NCBI GenBank assembly: GCA_963700595.1
Contig: CAVOYE010000011.1
Span: 218,336-282,335 of the forward strand
From: an uncultured Chloroflexia bacterium
GTDB lineage: Bacteria > Chloroflexota > Anaerolineae > B4-G1 > SLSP01
Direction: 5' to 3'
Length of the DNA: 64,000 bases
In this document: piece by piece, positions 20,705-30,516 of the stretch
Layout of the letters: each line of letters begins with the position of its first letter
Numbering within the stretch: the stretch's first letter is position 1
The notes under the pieces: generated by a model
Databases searched by the model: none
The model's input: only the letters and a program-made list of their open reading frames with translations
What the model was told of the DNA's origin: nothing
Position numbers and translations under genes: made by a program

Positions 20705-22045
20705 GTGATGCAATGTCCGCCCGCACGCAGAATATGCAGTTTGAAAGGCTTCCTGATGACTAATCGGTGGATCACGACGATAATTAGCCTGATGATGGTT
20801 GTGCTGCTCGCGTGTGCAGGCGCTACGACGCCTGCACCTGGACCTGCGTCCATGGTCCTGGTATTAACCCCTTTAACATCGTCTGGCTATAACCAGGATG
20901 CAGGATATGCAGCTGCGCAGGCTACATTGGTTTCTGGTCAGAATGAGATGATGGAGCTATCACATCAGGCCACCGTGGTCAGCCTGAACATGGATCAGGC
21001 TGCGAATGTTGCAGCGCAGGCCACAATAGATAATTACCAGCGCCAGATGATGGAACTTTCCATCCAGGGTACCGAGGTCAGCCTGAATATGGCCCGAGCC
21101 GCTGCCACCCAGCAATTCATCAGAGAACAGACGCAGTTAGCGGTGAATGCTACTGCCACCGCTCAGAGCCAATCAGCCACAGCCACTGTTTCTGCCTATA
21201 ATTTCAATGTCACCCAGACCGCGCAAGTCCAGGCGATTCTGGACACCTACGCCGCAGAGACAGCCCAGGCGCATGCTACCCTGACGGCTTATCCGTTGAC
21301 GGCTACACCGGAGGCTGCAACCCAGGCTGACATCGCGCGAATCCGAAGTGAATCTGCACGACAGGCCTGGTGGGACGATTTTATTGTCAACCCTTTGCAG
21401 CTTATCTTATGGACCGTGGTTGTTATCTTGCTTATCGTGGGCACGGTGGCAGCTTACCGGCGGTTTATGCCTGTGTTGGAGTTTCGACTGCGTAACCCGC
21501 GTGGGAGTGGCAGCATAAATCCCTTGTTTCCGACGGGTGGGATGATTGTGGATCTCGATCCCCATTATCACGGATTAATGCAGCAGGAATTGCGCCTGCG
21601 TGAACATCCGCAACTTCCGGGTGATGGAACGCCTCAGGTGGAAATCATCGGACCGTCTGAGCCATCCATCATCAACTGGATTACCGAGGCGGAGGAGAAG
21701 TTGCGCCCCGATGGATGGGATCCAACCATGAGTGCTAACCGTTATCTGCCGGCAGCCCGTTATATAGCCCGGAAAATTCCGGGCCTTCTGGCTCAACGCG
21801 GATTGCAGCCCTTCATCAGTCGTTATGTGCTGACCGAAACCGAGGCTGGCAATGCCTGGCTGTTTATTGTCCTGGAGATTGATCCTCTACAACCTGTGGA
21901 AGACTATACGACTTCGGATGTGTTGGGTTATCTCTCCACGGCGCTCAATGGTCTGCCTGTCGTGGTTAGCGACGCCTACGGTCTGCGGTATGCCGTTCTT
22001 CTCAGTCCCCCGTATTTATTTCAGCAGTTTGACTGGTCTGACTGA
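20705..22045 (+). CDS. Ala/Thr/Gln-rich lipoprotein-like membrane protein; probably two genes joined by an indel (second starts 21728)
   Basis: LLAC lipobox, ATATAQ-rich stalk, TM; ATGA at 21728 would be a stop/start overlap if one G is removed from tggga. Confidence 0.55.
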   Translation: MMQCPPARRICSLKGFLMTNRWITTIISLMMVVLLACAGATTPAPGPASMVLVLTPLTSSGYNQDAGYAAAQATLVSGQNEMMELSHQATVVSLNMDQAANVAAQATIDNYQRQMMELSIQGTEVSLNMARAAATQQFIREQTQLAVNATATAQSQSATATVSAYNFNVTQTAQVQAILDTYAAETAQAHATLTAYPLTATPEAATQADIARIRSESARQAWWDDFIVNPLQLILWTVVVILLIVGTVAAYRRFMPVLEFRLRNPRGSGSINPLFPTGGMIVDLDPHYHGLMQQELRLREHPQLPGDGTPQVEIIGPSEPSIINWITEAEEKLRPDGWDPTMSANRYLPAARYIARKIPGLLAQRGLQPFISRYVLTETEAGNAWLFIVLEIDPLQPVEDYTTSDVLGYLSTALNGLPVVVSDAYGLRYAVLLSPPYLFQQFDWSD

Positions 22046-22435
22046 CACCTGGTGAAAGCATGGCACTCGATTCATCTTCTCAACCATCTCTTTGGACATC
22101 TTCTCATAGGCAAGCCGGACCTATCTGCCTAACATGATGCGGAAGCAGACCCATGCACGCAAACTAAAGTGCAGCCATTCTCCCCTTTTAGTGGAGGATG
22201 CACAGCCAAAGTCAGTTGAACGTGGAGCTAATAATCTACGTAGTGCTGATGACAGTCCATACAGAAAGCGGTATGCTGAAGGGTGAAACAGGATAAGGTT
22301 CCTGGTATCCACAATTGGCGGGTCAGAGACCGCTTTGCGCCAAAACTTGGCGCAGCAAATCTGTTTTATCCGTATGTCAATTTCTCTATGGCAGAATAGA
22401 TTGAGCAAGTACACAAGAATAAGGAGTTGCTACAG

Positions 22436-22591
22436 ATGGTAGAAGAGACGAGTAAAAAAAAGAGAAAACGATTACCCCAGAGTCAGCGAAAGCATATCCG
22501 GCGCATGAAAGAGGAAGCACGCAAGGCTCCTACCACGCCTCAGCCCAGGCGCGTTGCAAAAGAAGAAAAGGTCGTAACCACGCCTGAGTAA
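22436..22591 (+). CDS. Small highly basic protein (51 aa, not in ORF track)
   Basis: RBS AAGGAG; MVEETSKKKRKRLPQSQRKHIRRMKEEARKAPTTPQPRRVAKEEKVVTTPE*. Confidence 0.6.
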   Translation: MVEETSKKKRKRLPQSQRKHIRRMKEEARKAPTTPQPRRVAKEEKVVTTPE

Positions 22592-22670
22592 AGTAGCTGC
22601 TGCCAATCATTGATAGACCAGGGGAATGGCGGGCAAAATGGCAGATTATCCAATGGATTCAGGAGGAACA

Positions 22671-23210
22671 ATGATGGACCACAAAAACCATTCTCCGCTG
22701 GTGGGCTGGACCAGGCGTAAATGGCTGCGTCGTGCACTGGCGATAGGTCATAGTAGAAGCCATATCGGTGGCGCAACGCGCCATCGCATCACGGTTACTG
22801 TTATAGTGCTTGTTGGTTGGGTGACGCTTATCGGGCTCATTATGACCAGCCATCGGTTCGAATTGGTCATGGCTGCCGTCTTTGTGTCTCTGGGCATCGT
22901 CTTGATCATTACAGCGTGTTTGGGGAAGGGAACCGAACAAAACGCATTGAACTTGGAGAAGGCCTGGCTAAGGATAGATTCAGGCACCTGCACCCCGATG
23001 CCAGGAACTGAGCCTGATACAATGTGCGAAGTCATTTATGTAAAATCACTGACAAATAGTGTCACCGACTTCCGATCCGAGTTGGCGGAATTTGACGCAC
23101 AACCGTTGAATACAGAACCGGCTGTCTCCAAGCCGATGCTGACAGCTGTAAAACCTGAGACACGCCCAGCTTCAGAAATGGCTGGAAAATTAAGGAGCAT
23201 TGAATCATGA
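22671..23210 (+). CDS. Hypothetical 2-TM protein
   Basis: RBS AGGAGG, two hydrophobic helices, stop overlaps next start (ATGA). Confidence 0.5.
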   Translation: MMDHKNHSPLVGWTRRKWLRRALAIGHSRSHIGGATRHRITVTVIVLVGWVTLIGLIMTSHRFELVMAAVFVSLGIVLIITACLGKGTEQNALNLEKAWLRIDSGTCTPMPGTEPDTMCEVIYVKSLTNSVTDFRSELAEFDAQPLNTEPAVSKPMLTAVKPETRPASEMAGKLRSIES

Positions 23211-24325
23211 ATAAGAGCACGCTGTCGTTAGGCCGCATCTTGGGAATCCCAATTGGTTTGGATTATTCATGGTTCTTAATCTTTTTATTACTTACCTGGT
23301 CGCTGGCTACCAGTTACTATCCGACAGAATTCACCAACTGGCCTGCAGCACAATATTGGATGGTCGCTGCCGTTACCGCTATTTTTTTCTTTGGCAGCGT
23401 GATTCTCCACGAGCTGGGGCATTCTCTTGTGGCCAAACATTACAAAATTAAGGTGCGCAGCATCACACTCTTTATTTTTGGCGGTGTTTCTCAGATTGAA
23501 TCTGAGTCACCCAACGCCACTGCTGAGTTCTGGATTGCTCTAGCTGGTCCTGCAACGAGTTTTGCTCTGGCGATTCTGTTTGGCCTGCTGCAACTGATTA
23601 CCGGCACAATGAGCCCTCTGCTGGCTCTGACCAAATACCTGACTTATATCAATGGCTCGCTGGCGCTCTTCAACCTGATTCCGGGATTCCCATTGGACGG
23701 CGGTCGTGTTTTTCGGGCTATTGTGTGGGGCATCACAAACAACCTTCATCGTGCCACGCAGGTCGCTGCCAATTTAGGACGGTTTATCGCTTTTCTTTTT
23801 ATCCTCCTGGGTGTGTGGCAGATATTTGCCGGGAATTTAGGAAATGGGTTGTGGATCGCTTTTATTGGTTGGTTCCTGGAGAGCGCGGCAAATTCTGAAC
23901 TACGACAGCAGACCATCCATGACTTGTTAGCCGGGCATCATGTCGCCGATGTCATGCGCAAAGACTATACGGTGGTAGCACCTGGAGAATTCCTGGAACA
24001 TTTAGTGAACGAGCATATTTTAGGCTCTGGCTTGCGCAGCCTGATTGTTGAACTGGAAGGTAAAGTTGTCGGGCTGCTAACCCTGCACAACCTCCAGGCA
24101 GTACCTCGTGCTGACTGGTCAACCACAACGGCAGCGCAGGCGATGCTGCCGGTGGCGACCATGAAGGTGATTCGACCCGATACGGAACTGCGGGACGCCC
24201 TGGGAGAAATGGACCGTGATGGCGTGAACCAATTGCCGGTCATGATAGGTGATCAACTTCAGGGTGTGTTAGGTCGCGATGATGTGATCAGTCTGTTGCG
24301 TACCACGGCTGAGTTTAGCCGTTAA
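23207..24325 (+). CDS. Site-2 protease (M50) with CBS domains
   Basis: HELGH, FNLIPGFPLDGGR, paired CBS domains. Confidence 0.95.
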   Translation: MNKSTLSLGRILGIPIGLDYSWFLIFLLLTWSLATSYYPTEFTNWPAAQYWMVAAVTAIFFFGSVILHELGHSLVAKHYKIKVRSITLFIFGGVSQIESESPNATAEFWIALAGPATSFALAILFGLLQLITGTMSPLLALTKYLTYINGSLALFNLIPGFPLDGGRVFRAIVWGITNNLHRATQVAANLGRFIAFLFILLGVWQIFAGNLGNGLWIAFIGWFLESAANSELRQQTIHDLLAGHHVADVMRKDYTVVAPGEFLEHLVNEHILGSGLRSLIVELEGKVVGLLTLHNLQAVPRADWSTTTAAQAMLPVATMKVIRPDTELRDALGEMDRDGVNQLPVMIGDQLQGVLGRDDVISLLRTTAEFSR

Positions 24326-24374
24326 TGATGCAGGTTACTGCACATTATTCTAGTAAATTAAAGGGGACGAAGAA

Positions 24375-24689
24375 ATGGAAAAAGCAACTTTTCCTGTTGA
24401 GTTTCATAATGAAATTGATGATGTGAAGAAAAGCGAAAACGAATTATATACCCTGGCTGTAGACCGGCTTAGTAAAATGACAGAAGGTCACAACGACATT
24501 TCAGGCGGGGTTGTCAACCTGAAGCAACCAGTCTCGTACATGTACGAGGTGACGATTGTCGTCTATATGGGGTCAGATGATATCGCAGCAACCGAAAAAG
24601 GGGAGTCGATTCATTCGACATTGAATGGCGCTTTGGATGCTGTTGAACGGCAAATTCATGAACGTCGTACACAAGAGCGAAACTACTAA
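24375..24689 (+). CDS. HPF/RaiA-family ribosome-associated protein
   Basis: ~100 aa; YEVTIVV...IAATEKGE...ALDAVERQI. Confidence 0.7.
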   Translation: MEKATFPVEFHNEIDDVKKSENELYTLAVDRLSKMTEGHNDISGGVVNLKQPVSYMYEVTIVVYMGSDDIAATEKGESIHSTLNGALDAVERQIHERRTQERNY

Positions 24690-24819
24690 ATGACTCATTA
24701 TGTGGGCTATTATGGTGTCAAACACACCAGGTGAGACAAAGCTTAGGTTAAGGTCTCTGTGGAAAGTCCGCATCATTCACAGGAAACCTGTATGTTGTTA
24801 GATAAAGGAGATAGATCAT

Positions 24820-25462
24820 ATGTTCCCCATCGGTGATGACAACAGTTCCCGAAGAATTGTTCCCTTGGTCACCTATGCCCTGATCGTTCTGAATGTCCTG
24901 TTTTTCTTTGTGGAACTGAGCGGTGGTGACGCTTTCATTGAAGAGTGGGCTTTCGTTCCAACCCGATTCCTTGCCAATCCTGTCGGTGATTTCGTAACGC
25001 TCTTCACGGCCATGTTTATGCATGCCGGATGGGTTCATCTGGGCGGTAATATGTTATACCTGTGGATCTTTGGCGATAATGTGGAAGACCGTTTTGGGCA
25101 CATTATGTTCATCATCTTCTACCTTATCTGCGGGCTTGCCGCTACTTTCGCCCAGTTAGTGTTCAGCCTCGGGATCAAACGTGCCGAATTTAGGCGCATC
25201 AGGAGCGATTGCCGGCGTACTCGGCGCTTATATCCTGTTATTTCCCAGAGCCAATGTCAAGGTCTTACAGGGACAGAGGATAGTCCCTGTCCCGGCATTG
25301 ATCGTGATCGGGCTCTGGTTCGTTCTGCAGCTCTTCAGCGGTATTGGCTCTATCGCTAATACTTCAGATACAGGCGGTGTGGCTTTTATGGCGCATATTG
25401 GCGGATTTGTAGCCGGGTTTGTATTGACCTTTCTGTTTCGTGGGGGACGCAGGACCGCTTGA
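24820..25462 (+). CDS. Rhomboid family intramembrane serine protease (frameshift near 25175)
   Basis: MFMHAGWVHLGGNMLYLWIFGDNVE; GASGAIAG; AHIGGF. Confidence 0.9.
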
Positions 25463-25671
25463 AGACGGCGATGTTGAACGCACAAGAAAAACTGGAACAT
25501 GGTCAGGCTGGGTTGGCGCAGTGCTCAGAGGTAGATATCGCTGGGCCGATTGACTAGCTGGACAATATACGGGAACAGAGCCTATTGACGGAAGATGAAT
25601 TCCATGAGAAGAAAGCTCATGTACTGGATAAGTTATCGATTGCAGTTGTCACACGATCTGAGGAGATAATT

Positions 25672-26119
25672 ATGAACACGGACACGCACCTTAAACCGGT
25701 CGCCTCTACGCCCTGGATGCGAAAGATCATCGTATTTATAGTCCTGCAACTCACCACCTTTCTCATCGGCTTTATCCCTATGTGGCTCAAGTCACGTCAA
25801 TACGCGCGTTGTCTGTTTGAGGCAGAGCGCCAATTAAACATGGAGAGGATTTATCATGCTCTCATCTCTGCCATCATAGAAGTTCGGCAGAATAACTATG
25901 AGCCAGCGCGTCAAGCTGCCAGTGACTTTTTTACTTTCTTACGGGTAGAAACTGACAATGGGAGATGATTCGTCACTCACGCCGGAGCAAAGCGCGGGTG
26001 TCCAAAAGCTGTTTGCCCAACGTGATGAGATCATCACGCTGCTGGCGAAAAGTGATCCGTTAGCCGCCGACCTGCTGGTCGATCTGTATGGATTGTACCG
26101 TGAGATCATTAACCAGTAA
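25672..26119 (+). CDS. Hypothetical single-TM helical protein (frameshift near 25960)
   Basis: RBS AGGAG; ORF to 25968 continues in another frame ...QRDEIITLLAKSDPLAADLLVDLYGLYREIINQ*. Confidence 0.55.
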
Positions 26120-26253
26120 GGAAGTATGCCAAAGTAAGGACAATTGTCGTCTTTCTACTTTCGACTTGCCAGCGGTCATCTTATATCATCGGGCAGTCAT
26201 GATGGTCAGCCTATACAGAATCTGCTGGCGATGCGGAGTGAGGGGGACGGCTT

Positions 26254-27720
26254 ATGAATATGAATAGTCACTACCACTATACAATATTGCAAAATCTCGC
26301 TCACAGGGCGATGATCAAACATGGTTTGCTGCCAGATTTTTCCGTAAAAGTACGTACTGAACTAGATGAGATTCAGACGCAGGGAGCAGCAGTGAACAGT
26401 GAATCCATGCGGGATCTTACGGGTTTACTGTGGGTTTCGATTGATAACGACGACTCGCATGACCTGGATCAACTCACCGTGGCTGAGGCTATGCCCGGTG
26501 GTAAAGTCAAGGTTATGGTGGCGATAGCTGATGTGGACGCACTTGTTCACCCTGACTCGGCTGTTGATCAACACGCGCACCACAATACAACCTCAGTCTA
26601 CACAGCGGCTGAGATATTCCCTATGCTGCCTGAGAAGCTGTCCAACGACCTCACCTCACTGAATGTCAACGAAGAACGTCTGGCTGTTATCGTAGAAATG
26701 GTGATTGACACGGATGGCTCTCTGCTGGATTCCGATATCTATCAGGCTTGTGTCTGCAATCATGCGCAGTTGGCTTATAACAGCGTGGCTGCATGGCTGG
26801 ACGGTGGTCCTCCACCAGATGCGGTCGTCGCTGTCAAGGGTTTGGCTGAAAATCTGCATTTGCAGGACAATGCAGCCCGGAAAATGCGGAGGCTCCGCCA
26901 TGTCCACGGAGCGTTGAGCCTGGAAACAATAGAAGCCAGGCCAATCTTTGAGGGTGAGTTAATACGTGACCTTGAAGTGGCAAAAAAGAACCCCGCCACC
27001 GATATGATCGAAGACTTCATGATTGCCGCTAATGGTGTCACTGCCCGTTTCCTTACATCCAGGAAATTTCCTTCAATACGCCGGGTAGTCCGTACACCCA
27101 ACCGCTGGTCACGCATCGTTGACTTAGCTGCGGAACATAAGTTTGAGCTGCCAACCGACCCCGATTCAAAAGCGTTGGACGCGTTTCTCGTCCATGCGAA
27201 TACTGTCGATCCTGTGGAATTTCCCGACCTGTCCCTTGCCGTCATCAAACTTCTGGGAGCGGGTGAATACATGGCAGAACTGCCAGGTGACACTGCCCCC
27301 GGACACTTTGGCCTGGCGGTCAAGGATTATGGCCACTCAACCGCACCGAATCGCCGTTATCCGGACCTGGTAACCCAACGCTTGCTGAAAGCTGCGCTGC
27401 TGAGGGACGTGTGGCCCTACAGCAAAGATGAACTGGATGCTCTGGCGAAACATTGCACTTTACAGGAAGATGCCGCCAACAAGGTTGAAAGGCAGGTCGG
27501 TAAATCAGCAGCAGCGCTGCTCCTTGAATCGCGGATTGGTGATCGATTTGACGCCATTGTCACAGGTGCTTCGGGTAAAGGAACCTGGGTAAGGGTCCTT
27601 GCAGTGCCGGTTGAGGGGAAATTGGTCAGCGGATACGAGGGTCTGGATGTCGGTGACCGGGTGCACGTGCAGTTAACAGCAGTGAATGTAGAACGCGGGT
27701 TTATAGATTTCAGGGTATAA
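26254..27720 (+). CDS. RNB-domain exoribonuclease (RNase II/R-like) with C-terminal S1
   Basis: SIDNDDSHDLDQ, IEDFMIAAN, HSTAPNRRYPDL. Confidence 0.9.
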   Translation: MNMNSHYHYTILQNLAHRAMIKHGLLPDFSVKVRTELDEIQTQGAAVNSESMRDLTGLLWVSIDNDDSHDLDQLTVAEAMPGGKVKVMVAIADVDALVHPDSAVDQHAHHNTTSVYTAAEIFPMLPEKLSNDLTSLNVNEERLAVIVEMVIDTDGSLLDSDIYQACVCNHAQLAYNSVAAWLDGGPPPDAVVAVKGLAENLHLQDNAARKMRRLRHVHGALSLETIEARPIFEGELIRDLEVAKKNPATDMIEDFMIAANGVTARFLTSRKFPSIRRVVRTPNRWSRIVDLAAEHKFELPTDPDSKALDAFLVHANTVDPVEFPDLSLAVIKLLGAGEYMAELPGDTAPGHFGLAVKDYGHSTAPNRRYPDLVTQRLLKAALLRDVWPYSKDELDALAKHCTLQEDAANKVERQVGKSAAALLLESRIGDRFDAIVTGASGKGTWVRVLAVPVEGKLVSGYEGLDVGDRVHVQLTAVNVERGFIDFRV

Positions 27721-27835
27721 ATGGATCTTTGCGTGCGCCACTGACAACAATTTCTTCATTATCATCAGTTTCTCTATTTGGAACGTTTCAGGACTGATAA
27801 ACGTCTATAATGTGTGAGTAAACTCTTGAGACAAG

Positions 27836-28513
27836 GTGGCGACAATGAAGAAGAGAACGTTGGTAATTTTATGCAGCATACTTTTGGTGGTTGTTTTGGG
27901 GCTTATAACGGCATGTCGACCCACGGTCATACCTGAACCCGATCCGGGCATTAATGAAGGTCCTGTCCTCATCTGGCAGCGTGAGGGTGGGATTGCGGGG
28001 TTCTGTGATGGATTGAATATTTTCGCGGATGGGCGGGTCAACGTAACCACATGCCAGGGTGAAGTTGTCGAAAGCAATACATTATCGCCCGATCAGCAAA
28101 CACAGCTTGCGGCATGGGTGGATCGACTGGTTGGTTTTGAAAAGACGTGGTCAGACGGGGCAGTCGCAGATTCGATGACTGTTCTGATCCGGTTCTTTGG
28201 TGGGGGAGTGGATACGGCATCTGAGGATGAGATGCAGGTCATGAGCAATTTTGCCGCTGATATCTATGCCAATCTCGCGATGGACGGCAGTACCCTCGAT
28301 CCTGCTGCGGATATGATTAGTTGGGAACATGCAGTGGCTCTGATTCTGGGTGGTCACGTTAAGCAGGTGACGCAGACGCACGCCCTGGAAGTGACCCTTA
28401 GCTTGAAGGACTATTCGGTTCTGACAACAACAGAACCCGCCATCGATGATGTTTTCAAGGTTATTGCGAGTTGTGGGAGTGCGTGCACAGATATGGTGCT
28501 GGCAACCGAGTAA
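27836..28513 (+). CDS. Putative lipoprotein
   Basis: ITAC lipobox; WQREGGIAGFCD domain. Confidence 0.65.
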   Translation: MATMKKRTLVILCSILLVVVLGLITACRPTVIPEPDPGINEGPVLIWQREGGIAGFCDGLNIFADGRVNVTTCQGEVVESNTLSPDQQTQLAAWVDRLVGFEKTWSDGAVADSMTVLIRFFGGGVDTASEDEMQVMSNFAADIYANLAMDGSTLDPAADMISWEHAVALILGGHVKQVTQTHALEVTLSLKDYSVLTTTEPAIDDVFKVIASCGSACTDMVLATE

Positions 28514-28659
28514 TTATAATAAGTATCAGTTACCTGACGCTGCAACACGTCAGGTCCTAAGATATGTGCTGATGCAGCCACCGCGCTACCTAACGCGCGG
28601 TGGTTGTTTTCTACCTCTATCACCAAATATCTCCACACTATGCATATTCCATGGTCACT

Positions 28660-28732
28660 CATATCCACAGAATGTGGAGATAAAATCCACATGGCGCTGA
28701 TGAAAACCCATCGATTACGATGTATGCTTAAA
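28660..28732 (+). promoter_or_regulatory. Conserved upstream element, copy B (before 28864/SPFH genes)
   Basis: About 54/73 identical, ungapped, to 17388-17460 by manual count. Confidence 0.65.
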
Positions 28733-28863
28733 GATAGTATAGGGGTAAAAGTTTTATCCTGGAGTTCCGGTATGTTATCACGTGTGAAATAACTGCGCGT
28801 GAGAAATGGATATGGATGAATGAAGAGTTCATGAGTCAAGCCTGCAGGATAGGAGGATAAACG

Positions 28864-29217
28864 ATGGATAACAAAGCTCAGCCCAATTACATAGGCCAGG
28901 CAAGGGGTAAGTTACTGCGTTTAGAGAAAAATTTGCATTCCATTCAGAAAAATATCGCTGGTGGAATCCGCAGCCGGATGATTGGTGGGATTATCCTGGC
29001 GGTAGGCGTTTTGGCGCTAATCGGATATTTTCTGATGGGCAGTCAAGCCGTTTTTCTCATAGCCATTGCGGGTGTGATCGTTGGTGGTTTTATGTTGTAC
29101 AAGGCGGTGGTGAGAATTCGTGATGCGCGCGAATCTCTTGAGATGGTTGAAGAAAGAGTCGATAAAGCCAAAACTGAGTTCACCGATCTCACAGCTGTAC
29201 CAGCGCCAGTTGAATGA
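28864..29217 (+). CDS. Hypothetical 2-TM coiled-coil protein
   Basis: RBS AGGAGG, two TM helices flanked by heptads. Confidence 0.65.
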   Translation: MDNKAQPNYIGQARGKLLRLEKNLHSIQKNIAGGIRSRMIGGIILAVGVLALIGYFLMGSQAVFLIAIAGVIVGGFMLYKAVVRIRDARESLEMVEERVDKAKTEFTDLTAVPAPVE

Positions 29218-29360
29218 AGTAGCACAATACACTTGATAGTGGCAGTAAAAATCGCTTGATTGCTTTGTGCATAAGGGTCCTAATGTTGTTTCACTCTGGC
29301 ATAAGAACCCAATAGAAATCTTGATTGTCTATGTTTGAGAGTACCTGATAGGAGAAAAAA

Positions 29361-30191
29361 ATGCGAACTGTTTATGGTGTAATCTATACGCTCCGGCCTT
29401 TCGAGCGCGGGATCCAGGAAACACTGGGCAAGTATAGTCGTTTCATTCAACCCGGTCTGGGATTTCAAATCCCATTTATCCATTTAATCCGCGTCCGTGA
29501 CGTTCGCGAGCACACGATGGATATTCATCCGCAGTCGGTGATAACCAAAGATAACGTGGAGATCCTGGTGGATGGGATAATGTGGGTTCGCCCGGCGATC
29601 GAAGAGGAAGCCATCAAACGCACATTTTACAATATTGATGATTGGAAACGGGCAATTATACAATTGGCGATGACCAATCTGCGCCAGGAGTTTGGCGATT
29701 TGACGCTGGATGAAAGCCTGGTGGCGCGGGAGACGATTGCCACTAACTTGCAGCACATTCTGAATACTTATGCCGTTGAATGGGGACTGAGTGTCAGCAA
29801 GGTGGAAATCCGTTTAATTGACCCGCCGGAAGACATCAAAAAAGCCATGCACAAGCAAAAAACCGCTGAACAGGAACGGCGTTCGATGCGTTTGCTGGCG
29901 ACGGGCGAATTCGAGGCAGCTGAACAGCAAAAGCTGGCGATGATCCAGCGTGCTGAAGGAGAACGGGCTGCTGTTATACAAGTCGCTCAAGGTAAGGCAG
30001 AAGCTATCCGCCTGGTCAATGAATCTGCCGAGAAATTCTTCGTCGGCAACGCCCAACTGCTCAAGCAGCTTGAGATGGTTGAAAATGCGTTACGAGACAA
30101 TGCCAAGATCATTCTCACCGAGCATGGGATCAATCCAACTTTGCTGTTGGGCAGCTTGCCGGTGAATGTGACCAGTGAGAAGAACCGATAG
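29361..30191 (+). CDS. SPFH/stomatin-like (band 7) protein
   Basis: QSVITKDNVEILVDG, VEIRLIDPPEDIKKAM..Q..AEQERR. Confidence 0.9.
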   Translation: MRTVYGVIYTLRPFERGIQETLGKYSRFIQPGLGFQIPFIHLIRVRDVREHTMDIHPQSVITKDNVEILVDGIMWVRPAIEEEAIKRTFYNIDDWKRAIIQLAMTNLRQEFGDLTLDESLVARETIATNLQHILNTYAVEWGLSVSKVEIRLIDPPEDIKKAMHKQKTAEQERRSMRLLATGEFEAAEQQKLAMIQRAEGERAAVIQVAQGKAEAIRLVNESAEKFFVGNAQLLKQLEMVENALRDNAKIILTEHGINPTLLLGSLPVNVTSEKNR

Positions 30192-30275
30192 CGTGTTCAT
30201 AGGGTCCGGCTGTGACGTATGCAGCGCAGCCGGACCCTGAATCCGATCATCAGAAAGCAGAACAAGGAGTGTAAG

Positions 30276-30503
30276 ATGGAAAAACCAACTACAGTGACAT
30301 GTCCGCAGTGTGGTAGAATGATCACCGATGACCCGCTGATTGCTTTAGCCGTAAGCGGTGAAGGGAAGGCTTCCCAATTCATTAAGTGCGAGTGTGGGAA
30401 CCAGATCAGCTTTTGGGCTGTGACTGCGCAACTCAGGAATCAGAAAAAAATGGGACCGCGACTCAGTGCGTGGTTTCGTTCTCTCTTTAAAAAAAGCAAT
30501 TAA
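30276..30503 (+). CDS. Small zinc-ribbon-like protein
   Basis: RBS AAGGAG; CPQCG and CECG motifs. Confidence 0.6.
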   Translation: MEKPTTVTCPQCGRMITDDPLIALAVSGEGKASQFIKCECGNQISFWAVTAQLRNQKKMGPRLSAWFRSLFKKSN

Positions 30504-30516
30504 AGCGGACTCACCA

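Noticed and set aside
24767-24781. TGTGGAAAGTCCGCA as a fourth copy of the shared promoter motif
   Set aside because: Spacer is too short and the downstream GATG-N16-GATGTA part is missing
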